Below, piece after piece: positions 51,889 through 64,000 of a stretch of 64,000 nt of DNA. The stretch is from NCBI GenBank assembly GCA_951406725.2, contig OX597838.1, positions 35,712,001-35,776,000 of the forward strand, in the 5' to 3' direction. Every line of letters starts with the position of its first letter. Positions within the stretch are counted from its first letter, which is position 1. A program made the translations under genes and the position numbers. The notes under the pieces are model-generated. The model was not told the DNA's origin, did no database searches, and was given only the letters and a program-made list of their open reading frames with translations. This stretch comes from Octopus vulgaris. Its lineage: Eukaryota.

Positions 51889-52574
51889 GAGTGAGAGAGC
51901 AGTTCATGCCATCAAAGTGACACTGGGGTAAAATATACGAAGCCCAGTATACCCACCATGACTACCCGTCTGATAAAGGTACACCAGGCACATGCATCAC
52001 AACCATATGTGCGCGACATGGTGATCTCATATCAAGATAAACAGCGCATGACCTTGCAGGTGGGGCCCAGTTAGAATTTTCTTCTGGTTGAGTAGCCCAT
52101 CCCGTTCAAATGGTTCCTGAATAAGGATTGTTTAAGGATGTTGAACTAACCACCCATGTTTCCAAAAGTGAATTATCCAAACCTCTAAGAATTCCTCTCA
52201 ACACTCTCAATTCCTCTATGATGCTCCCCCACTACTTCTGCTCGTGATCAGAGATGCACATATCATCAGCCGCCACTAAGGGACATGCTCAACTGGTTTA
52301 GGTCAAGCAACTGACAAGCAAATCTGTGGTATTGAGCAGAATATTTGCTGTAGCCCATCTTTTATACCAAGACAGAACAATGTACATGATAACACTTCCA
52401 ATCAATTAAGATCAGAAGCCATGAAAGCCACTGTCTGGTACGGCATCAGGGCATCTGGTATGGCATCTGGGCATCTGGTACGGCATCAGGTCATCTGGTA
52501 TGGCATCAGGGCATCTGGTACGGCATCTGGGCATCTGGTACGGCATCAGGGCATCTGGTACGGCATCAGGGCAT
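51889..52574 (-). mobile_element. Family D element with 7 x 20-bp terminal reiteration
   Basis: CTGGTACGGCATCAGGGCAT repeated seven times (minor variants) at 52435-52574. Confidence 0.85.
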
Positions 52575-52593
52575 TATTATTATTATCATTATT

Positions 52594-52624
<31 letters not shown>

Positions 52625-52934
52625 TTATTAATATTTTTCAGTGGGAGCAAACACTCTTTATTGAAATGGTAACTCTTGGAATAACAAACAAATTGCTGTC
52701 GTTATCAACAGCACCATTCACATTGATCTGTATCACTTTCCTATCTGGGAAAAATTATAAATGACAAATCACAGACAATTTCTACTTGTAAGTGGAAGCC
52801 AGAATTTAACATATGGTTCTGACTAGACCAAGAGTATTTTTGTAATCCTGTATCGATTTAAAGTACTCTATACAGTCTCTTGTAATTTATTATTTACACA
52901 AACACACACACATACACACACACACACACACCCA

Positions 52935-55020
<2,086 letters not shown>

Positions 55021-55049
55021 GTGTGTGTGTGTGTACGAACACACAAATG

Positions 55050-55210
55050 GTACATTGTCTGAGATGATTCTGTAGAAAGAGCCTGGTTTTGTACCTTCCA
55101 AAAGATAGGAAGACCTGCCTGAAGTGGTTTTTAGAATCTCTTTGTTTAGCCTACAGTCATTAGCAATGATGCTACCAAGGTGTCTGAATTGGAAGGATGT
55201 GACTGAATAG
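55050..55210 (-). mobile_element. RTE-clade LINE RT fragment
   Basis: VTSFQFRHLGSIIANDCRLNKEILK resembles the RTE motif F.YLGS.I..D..LD.EI. Confidence 0.65.
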
Positions 55211-55379
55211 GTCAACGGATGTGCAGCAGGGCAGTACAACAAACCGTTGGAGATTTCTGGTTAGTAATTATGAGCCACATTGTACCTGGAAACTGTGGGG
55301 CCTGCTGAGATGATGGCTCCTAATTCTTCAGTCTTTGGTACCTGAGAAAATTCACACACACACACACACACACACACAC

Positions 55380-55436
<57 letters not shown>

Positions 55437-55479
55437 ATCATCATTATCATCCTTTTAATGCTTGCATTTTTATTCTTTT

Positions 55480-55698
55480 TTCTTTTACTCTTTTACTTGT
55501 TTCAGTCATTTGACTGCGGCCATGCTGGAGCACCGCCTTTAGTCGAGCAAATCGACCGCAGGACTTTTATTCTTTGTAAGCCTATTACTTATTCTATTGG
55601 TCTCTTTAGCCGAACCACTAAGTTATGGGGGACGTAAACACAGCAGCATCGGTTGTCAAGCGATGTTGGGCGTACAAGCACAAACACAGAAACATATG

Positions 55699-55754
<56 letters not shown>

Positions 55755-55887
55755 CATACATATATAAAACGGGCTTCTTTCGGTTTCCGTCTACCAAATC
55801 CACTCACAAGGCTTTGGTCGGCCCGAGGGTATAGTAGAAGACACTTGCCTAAGGTGCCACGCAGTTGGACTGAACCGAGAACCGTGT
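55480..55887 (-). mobile_element. SINE family A
   Basis: Reverse complement of family A. Confidence 0.88.
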
Positions 55888-56125
55888 GATTAGATGGAAT
55901 TTGTTGAAGCAGATTTTCTAGGGCCATATGCCTTTCCTGTTGCCAATGCTCACCTTTTTCCAGAGTTATATTTTCCCACAGACACTTTTTTTTCTTTTCT
56001 TCATAGAAGACAAAAAAAAACAACTTTGCTTGCATAATGCCCGTTTAGTCATCACATGCTATCAGAAGTACACACACACTATCATAGATACACACGTGTG
56101 TGTGTGTGTGTGTGTGCATATAAAT

Positions 56126-56218
56126 ACTCTTTACTCTTTTACTTCTTTCAAGCAATGTTGAGGGGACAAACACAGACACAAACATACACGCACACACATA
56201 CATACATATTATATATAT

Positions 56219-56266
<48 letters not shown>

Positions 56267-56435
56267 TTACATACATGCGATGGGCTTCTTTCAGTTTCCA
56301 TCTACCAAATCCACTCACAAGGCTTTGGTCGGCCCGAGGTTATAGTAGAAGACACTTGCCCAAGGTGCCATGCAGTGGGACTGAACCTGGAACCATGTGG
56401 TTGGTGGTAAGCAAGCTACTTACCACACAGCCTCT
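56126..56435 (-). mobile_element. SINE family A with 3' internal deletion
   Basis: Head and core intact; the tail is fused directly after the deletion. Confidence 0.85.
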
Positions 56436-56443
56436 CCTATATA

Positions 56444-56485
<42 letters not shown>

Positions 56486-56491
56486 ATTTAA

Positions 56492-56799
56492 ATATTTGTT
56501 GTGCAAGATTTTTTATGTGAAGTCGTGTGTTGAAACAGATATTATTATATTTCGGAATGGTCATATTGCCAGTTTAGCCAATAAAAACACACGCACTATA
56601 TATTTGGTGTTATTTTGCTTCAGTGTTATTTATTTTTTACATTAATCTTACAGGAGTGTGATGAAAGAACTCTGGCCGAAATAAGATTAAGATTAATGTA
56701 AAAAATAAATAACACTGAGGCAAAATAACACCAAATATATAGTGCGTGTGTTTTTATTGGCTAAACTGGCAATATGACCATTCCGAAATATAACAATAT
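56492..56799. mobile_element. Fold-back element in (TA)n with ~112-bp arms
   Basis: Arms 56539-56650 and 56688-56799; the loop contains TGATGA-AAGAACTCTGGCC-GAAA. Confidence 0.75.
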
Positions 56800-57447
56800 A
56801 TATATATATATATATATATGGAAACTTTATCTGTCATTGTGGGTTTGTGGCATGAAGCAAGACAGGCCTTGCTGTCCACTCAAGAAAGTACATAGCATTA
56901 CTTAGCTGTTTGGCAAAAGAAAGTGATAAAATAAAATGACTGAAACATACAAAAGATAAACCCTGTATTGGTTAATAATTAGTGAGTGAAATTTAGAAGG
57001 AGGAAACTGTGAGAAGCCCATTTTAGGTGTGCTTGTGCATGCATGTGTGTGAATGTACATGTGTATGGAGCAAGCTTCAGTATAGTTTCCACCTGCCGAA
57101 TTTCATTCACCAGTTACATGTCAACCCATGATTACATTACCCTAATTTGATGCCAGAATCTGATGGTTGTAAAGCAAACTTCTTAGCTACCTCACCTATT
57201 TTCACATATTTTTTTCCCCTTACTTTTTGCCACCGGGGGGGGGGGGGTATAATTAAGTGGTTGTGTAAGCTTCCACCAATGTTTGTCGGTAAACCATTCC
57301 CAGTTTGTGAGTGAGTCCTGAATTATGAATGCTGTGGGGGGGGGGGGTTATTGTTTTAACTATTTAAAAAAAATTATTTTTATGGTTGTTTTATTACTTT
57401 ATTAATAAAACATATTCCATTGATGCAATGATATGCGGACATTGAGT

Positions 57448-57915
57448 TCTTCTCCCTCCCTCTCTCTCTCTCTCTCTCTCTCACTTTGGATTTTTCTTTC
57501 TCTTCTCTTTCTTTTTATCTCACTTCCTATGTCTGTTTGTCTCTCTCTCTCTCCTCTCTCTTTTTTCTCTCTCCCTCTCTCTCTCTTTTTCTCTCTCCCT
57601 CTCTCTTTTTTCCTCTCTCCCTCTCTCTTTTTTCCTCTCTCCCTCTCTCTTTTTTTCTCTCTCCCTCTCTCTCTTTTTCTCTCTCCCTCTCTCTCTTTTT
57701 CTCTCTCCCTCTCTCTCTTTCTCTCCCTCCCTCTCTCTCTCTCTTTCTCTCTCCCTCTCTTTCTCTCTCCCTCTCTCTCTTTTTCTCTCTCCCTCTCTCT
57801 CCTTCTCTCTCTCTCTCTCTCTCTCTCTCCCTCTCTTTCTCTCTCCCTCTCTCTCTTTTTCTCTCTCCCTCTCTCTCCTTCTCTCTCTCCCTCTCTCTCT
57901 TTTTCTCTCTCTCTG
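57448..57915. repeat. (CT)n-derived near-pure polypyrimidine tract
   Basis: Direct reading; recurrent CTCTCCCTCTCTCTCTTTTT unit. Confidence 0.95.
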
Positions 57916-58151
57916 TGACTATTATGGCATCACAATAACTGCAATTACTTAACAAATTGATTCTTGCTCTCAAACACTTGCAAAACTGCTGTCTCTCTCT
58001 CTCTCTCTCTCTGGAATCCCTCCCTTATATATATATTGATATATAAGGGAGGGAGTCAGAGAGAGAGAGAGAGATGTGGATGAGGAAGCAATAAAAATGA
58101 GTAAGAGAGACTACAGAGACTGAGGTATATATGGGGGTAAGAGAGACGTGG

Positions 58152-58186
<35 letters not shown>

Positions 58187-58239
58187 TCTATATATATATG
58201 TACATATATAAACACACACATCTATATATATATATGTAC

Positions 58240-58272
<33 letters not shown>

Positions 58273-58291
58273 TATACATATATAAATATAC

Positions 58292-58327
<36 letters not shown>

Positions 58328-58398
58328 AGAAATGGGGTAAAAAAACTGGGTGAGAGACAGACAGAAGAAATACAAGGACTGACAGAGATAGGAAGAGG

Positions 58399-58434
<36 letters not shown>

Positions 58435-59069
58435 TTGGAAAGATGAAGCACTACAAGCTGAATGGAAAAGCGCAAGAGAGAAAAAGAAAGAGGGTAAGAT
58501 AGAACTTGAAAGAGAGAGAGAGAGAGAGAAAAATAAGAAAGGAGGATATAGACTGATAGAAAAAGAGAGGTGGATAGACATTGAGAGAGAGAGTGAGAGA
58601 GAGAGACTGAGACACAACGAAGCAATAGAAAGACAGGCTTGAATAAACAACATTGTTTATATAATTAGTTTGACATGCACTAATTATTGATCGGGGTTTT
58701 ACTGTATTTTTTTGTGTGTGTTTTTGTTTTTGGTTAATTTTGTTGTGACAGTTTTTTGTTTTTTTTCCTTCATTTCTTTCTGGTGCACTTTTCTAGCCGT
58801 TCCCCCAGCAGCCAACAAATAGCATCAAGTTACATTCTGCTTTATATTATGCATTTTACAAACAATAGCACCGTGGGGGAGGGGAGGGGTGGGTGGATGG
58901 GAGAAGAGGCGGGAGGGAGGAGCAGGGTTGGATTCCATCAGGCCAATCCCCGGTTCATGTCGTTTATGTACAGCGAGAGCGACAAGGGAGTATCTGTCCA
59001 ATTCGGATGGAACAAATACTGCATGTACAACGTAACCAATTACTGCATAACATTTACGTTTGTTTTTGC

Positions 59070-59230
59070 AGATATGACTGTGTGGTAAGAAGCTTCCTTC
59101 CCAATCACATGGTTCCAGGTTCAGTCTCACTGTTTGGCACCTTGGGCAAGTGTCTTCTGCTATACCCTTGGGCCAACCAGACGCTTTTGAGTGGATTTGG
59201 TAGACAGAAACTGAAAGAAACCTGTTGTGT
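59070..59230 (+). mobile_element. SINE family A head and core running into a very long TA-rich tract
   Basis: Colinear with family A up to the internal microsatellite position. Confidence 0.85.
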
Positions 59231-59239
59231 GTGTGTATG

Positions 59240-59302
<63 letters not shown>

Positions 59303-59938
59303 ATATATCTATATATATATATGTATATATATATGTATGTATGTATATATATCTATATATATATATGTATATATATATGTATGTATGTATATATATCTAT
59401 ATATATATATGTATATATATATGTATGTATGTATATATATCTATATATATATATGTATATATATATATGTATGTATGTATATATATCTATATATATATAT
59501 GTATATATATATGTATGTATGTATATATATCTATATATATATATGTATATATATATATGTATGTATGTATATATATCTATATATATATATGTATATATAT
59601 ATGTATGTATGTATATATATCTATATATATATATGTATATATATATGTATGTATGTATATATATCTATATATATATGTATATATATATGTATGTATGTAT
59701 ATATATCTATATATATATATATGTATATATATATGTATGTATCTATATATATTTATATATATATATGTATATATATATGTATGTATCTATATATATCTAT
59801 ATATATATATGTATATATATATGTATGTATGTATATATATCTATATGTATATATATATGTATGTATGTATATATATCTATATATATATATGTATATATAT
59901 ATGTATGTATCTATATATATTTATATATATATATGTAT

Positions 59939-59972
<34 letters not shown>

Positions 59973-60264
59973 GTATATATATGTATATATATATATGTAT
60001 ATATATATATATGTATGTATGTATGTATATATATCTATATATATATATGTATATATATATATATGTATGTATGTATGTATATATATCTATATATATATAT
60101 GTATATATATATGTATGTATGTATGTATGTATATATATCTATATATATATATGTATATATATATATATGTATGTATGTATATATATCTATATATATAATG
60201 TATATATATATATATGTATGTATGTATATATATATATGTATGTATGTATGTATATATATGTATG

Positions 60265-60303
<39 letters not shown>

Positions 60304-60314
60304 GTATATATATG

Positions 60315-60356
<42 letters not shown>

Positions 60357-60378
60357 CATGTATGTATGTATATACATG

Positions 60379-60417
<39 letters not shown>

Positions 60418-60453
60418 GTATATATATGTATATATATGTATATATATGTATGG

Positions 60454-60503
<50 letters not shown>

Positions 60504-60519
60504 GTATATATATGTATGG

Positions 60520-60555
<36 letters not shown>

Positions 60556-60648
60556 GTATATATATGTATATATGTATGTATATATATGTATATATATGTA
60601 TGTATATATATGTATATATATGTGTGTATGTATATGTATATATATATA
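59230..60648. repeat. TA-derived minisatellite with ~44-bp higher-order period
   Basis: The CT marker recurs at 59309, 59353, 59397, 59441 and 59487. Confidence 0.9.
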
Positions 60649-60805
60649 GTTATCGCCATACTAATATGGCAGTCTATAAATATAAGACTAAAGCTGTCGC
60701 TGATTAGCTCCAAGAGGCCATCGCCTCTAGCTAGCTATTTGACACACGAACCTGCGTCCATTACAAACCTTCGAACAGGGGAGTTCAGCCGCTTCACCTT
60801 GCTAG

Positions 60806-60851
<46 letters not shown>

Positions 60852-60894
60852 GTATATATGTATATATATGTATATATATATGTATATATATGTA

Positions 60895-60930
<36 letters not shown>

Positions 60931-61241
60931 TATATGTATGTATGTATGTATATATGTATGTATATACATGTATGTATATATATGTATGCATATGTATATA
61001 TGTATATGTATATATACATATATATATATACATATGCATATGTATATACATATATGTATATGTATATATGTATATGTATATATACATATATATATATACA
61101 TATGCATATGTATATACATATATACATATGCATATATGTATATATATATATATGTGTGTGTATATATATACATGTATTTATATACACACACTCACAAAAA
61201 TATATCTATATTTACACACACATAATAGATTTCTTTCAGTT

Positions 61242-61475
61242 TCTTATTTCTTCATTGCCCACAAGGGTCTAAACATCGAGGGGACAAACAAGGACAGACA
61301 AAGGGATTAAGTCGATTAGATTGACCCCAGTGCATAACTGGTACTTAATTTATCGATCCCGAAAGGATGAAAGGCAAAGTCGACCTCGGTGGAATTAGAA
61401 CTCAGAACGTAACGGCAGACGAAATACCGCTAAGCATTTCGCCCGGCGTGCTAACGTTTCTGCCAGTTCGCCGCT
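61242..61475 (-). mobile_element. SINE family C
   Basis: Reverse complement of family C, apparently inserted in an A core remnant. Confidence 0.9.
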
Positions 61476-61574
61476 GTCTACAATATTCACTCGTGTGACA
61501 CTGGCATGGGTGCTTTTTACATGGTACTGGCACAATATATTTATATATTAGATTGATAGATTTATAGATAGCTA

Positions 61575-61725
61575 TGATGGGCTTCTTTTGATTTCCTTCT
61601 ACATAATCTACTCAGAAGGCTTTGGTTGACCCAGACCTGTGATAAAAGACACTTACCCAAGGTGCTATACAGTGGGACTGAACCCCAAGCCAGGTGGTTA
61701 AGATGCAAGCCTCTTAAGTACTCAG

Positions 61726-61730
<5 letters not shown>
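61575..61730 (-). mobile_element. Old SINE family A head/core
   Basis: Diverged reverse complement of family A. Confidence 0.75.
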
Positions 61731-61764
<34 letters not shown>

Positions 61765-62049
61765 TATATATTTACACATAGGCATACACACAAGGTGGTT
61801 CAAATGTTCTTTTGTCGAGGTCAGTTTGAGCTTCATAATGAATATCTAGTCTCAGTTTTCTTTCTACCCATCCCACCCTCACATCTCTCACCTCCAACAC
61901 TTAACTGCTGGTTATTTTATCTCACCATGAGATATTTAGCTTTATTTGGCATTCAAAGCCCTTTCAGTGGATTGCGATCAGCACAAAGAAGCCGGTTCCA
62001 CTGTCACAAGATAGAAGCACTTCTGTTTTCATCACCATTGATAGGCGTT

Positions 62050-62325
62050 CATTGGTAAAAGTCAGGTTCCTTTGTGCCGTCATCAGCATCTTTAGATAAA
62101 AAGGTTATTATTAGGGTTGAGGTAAGGCAGGCACAAACTTCGAGGAACACTTTAGGAAGAGAGCAGCAGAGAACAAAATCCTCAATACAAAGCATAAAAT
62201 CCGAAGGTATAAAGAATACGTCCTCAGAATATTGTTTTATGGTGTTGAAACTTGGACTATATACTTAATGCTCATAAAAAAATCCGAATTCTTTCCATTT
62301 GCAGTGATTCTAGAAGATCTGAAAT
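62050..62325 (+). mobile_element. Degraded RTE-clade LINE RT fragment
   Basis: SASLDKKVIIRV.. then, in another frame, KHKIRRYKEYVLRILFYGVETWTIY, matching the RTE motif K...Y...VL..LLYG.ETWT. Confidence 0.75.
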
Positions 62326-62507
62326 ATGCATGCTTGTGCATGCATGTGCACAAACACACATGGCACACACACACACACATACAGACACACACACACACAC
62401 ATCTTAAATGCTGAAACTGCAAATTCCTAGGTCTGGATAACCAATGAGATGAAAACTACTTGGTTGTCCCATTTGTATTCATTTTCCCCTTTTTGTGCTT
62501 TTTCTCA

Positions 62508-62561
<54 letters not shown>

Positions 62562-62584
62562 TATACATATATATATATATATAA

Positions 62585-62733
62585 TCATCATCATCGTTTC
62601 GTTTAATGTCCACTTTCCATGCTAGCATAGGTTGGACGATTTGACTGGGGTCTGGCAAACCAGACTCCAATGTGATCTGGCAGAGTTTCTACAGCTGGAT
62701 GCCCTTCCTAATGCCAACCACTCCGAGAGTGTA
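62585..62733 (-). mobile_element. Family E / RTE-type 3' tail
   Basis: Reverse complement of GGAGTGGTTGGCATTAGGAAGGGCATCCAGCTGTAG...(GAT)n. Confidence 0.85.
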
Positions 62734-62736
62734 GGT

Positions 62737-62965
62737 TTAACTCTATAGTGTTCAGATTACTCTGTTAAATGTAATACTTTTTCACTTAAATTGTTTTGAA
62801 TTAATCATGGATTATCTTATAGATTTTGAGGTTTCAATGACGTGATTGTTTATTTTTAGAATGTCAATGTAGGTTAGGTGTGAGAGGCTGGATCTGGCCA
62901 GTTTGAATATAAAACATGTAGAATATCTGGGCCAGATATGGCCGATTTAAACACTAAAGGGTTAA
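62737..62965. mobile_element. piggyBac-like MITE
   Basis: TTAA-CTCTATAGTGTTCA ... TAAACACTAAAGGG-TTAA: imperfect TIRs with TTAA ends; homologous to 483-1224. Confidence 0.75.
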
Positions 62966-63448
62966 AAATAAAGAAGTACTGGGGTTGATTTGCTTGACTA
63001 AAATTCTTCAAGGCATTTACCCAGCCCAACCACAGCCTAATGATTGAGACAACAAAGTTTTGTTGATATGCATAATATGGCCATCTCTTTTAAGGGATAT
63101 TGTGCATGTGTTTCACTCAGTTGCTAATTGCAACATTATAAAAGACTATTTTAATAGCTGCACTCTATGCAAACTTTTAACCTAGCTCCTGTGGAGTGGG
63201 TAATTGGACCTGCAACCCCAAACTGAAGAGAGCAATAATAATAAAGCATTTATTGGTACCTTACCAATACGGTTTAAATAAAAAAACTTGGAAGTTCACA
63301 AATTTTTGGAGTTCTTTTAAAATTTGAGTTTTCAACTGTTAGCTTATAACAAATCCTTAACCAGACCTGATCCCAATGCTGGATGTTCAAGAACCAAATG
63401 AAGGGCAGGTTTTCAATCCCAGGATCACCTTGATTCCGAAAAGGTGTA

Positions 63449-63656
63449 CAGTAATCCCTCACTATATCGCAGTTTATAATTTAAGCTTACGTTGATTCCT
63501 CCGTGGTGTTGTTTTGCATTTATAATAAAATAAATATATATAAATTATAAAAAATAATAAAAAAAATATTAAGTACAGTACTGTTTCAAATTCATGGATT
63601 TTCACGTATCGTGGGGGTTTTTGGGATGTAACACCCATGTAGTTGAGGGGTTACTG
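63449..63656. mobile_element. Tc1/mariner (pogo/Tigger-like) MITE
   Basis: TA-CAGTAATCCCTCACTA ... TAGTTGAGGGGTTACTG-TA: TIRs with TA duplication. Confidence 0.8.
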
Positions 63657-63743
63657 TAATATGTCTATGTAGAGCAAACATAGACTGAGATATAGGAGTC
63701 AGACAGAATTTTGGACAGGCAGAATTTTGTGTTTATTATTATA

Positions 63744-63974
63744 TATTTCTTTACTACCCACAAGGGGCTAAACACAGAGGGGACAAACAAGGACAGACAA
63801 ACAGATTAAGTCGATTATATCGACCCCAGTGCGTAACAGGTACTTAATTTATCGACCCTGAAAGGATGAAAAGCAAAGTCGACCTCGGCGGAATTTGAAC
63901 TCGGAACGTAACAACAGACGAAATACTGCTACGAATTTCGCCCGGTGTGCTAACGTTTCTACCAGCTCACCGCC
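63744..63974 (-). mobile_element. SINE family C with TSD
   Basis: 19-bp TSD TTTTGTGTTTATTATTATA at 63725-63743 and 63975-63993. Confidence 0.92.
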
Positions 63975-64000
63975 TTTTGTGTTTATTATTATAGATGACT

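Noticed and set aside
52225-52275. CTGATGA/CTGACGA in family D (minus strand)
   Set aside because: Followed by GAAG rather than GAAA, with no closing stems.
52435-52574. CRISPR-like array (also the triple repeat at 44701-44826)
   Set aside because: Head-to-tail repeats without unique spacers, eukaryotic context, no cas genes.
58893-60707. 604-aa ORF and the many Y/I/C/V/M- or H/T-rich ORFs
   Set aside because: Translations of (TA)n/(TG)n/(CA)n arrays, which lack stop codons by composition; the N-terminal part runs through a SINE.

Overview
AT-rich, repeat-saturated eukaryotic non-coding DNA (intron or intergenic). The SINE repertoire and extreme (TA)n/(CA)n/(ATT)n density suggest an octopus-type coleoid cephalopod genome; this is inference from recognition of the repeats, not a database result. 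No host exon can be supported, and almost all long ORFs in the track are microsatellite or SINE artefacts. Contents: several tRNA-headed SINE families (labelled A, B, C here, several copies with clear TSDs), a SINE/RTE-tail family (E), a (TAA)n-embedded element (D), CR1- and RTE-clade LINE fragments, a complete non-autonomous Helitron, piggyBac-like and Tc1/mariner-like MITEs. The most interesting signal is a set of hammerhead ribozyme (HHR) motifs. A 5'-truncated Penelope-like element (30593-32681) has a GIY-YIG-region C-terminal fragment missed by the ORF track and ~268-bp inverted pseudo-LTRs, each with an intact type I HHR bearing a long stem II. A third core-intact HHR lies at 23002-23089, three minimal HHR variants with an altered core occur elsewhere, and several fold-back elements next to (TA)n carry degenerate HHR-like motifs. 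All structures were read by eye; nothing was computed or searched.
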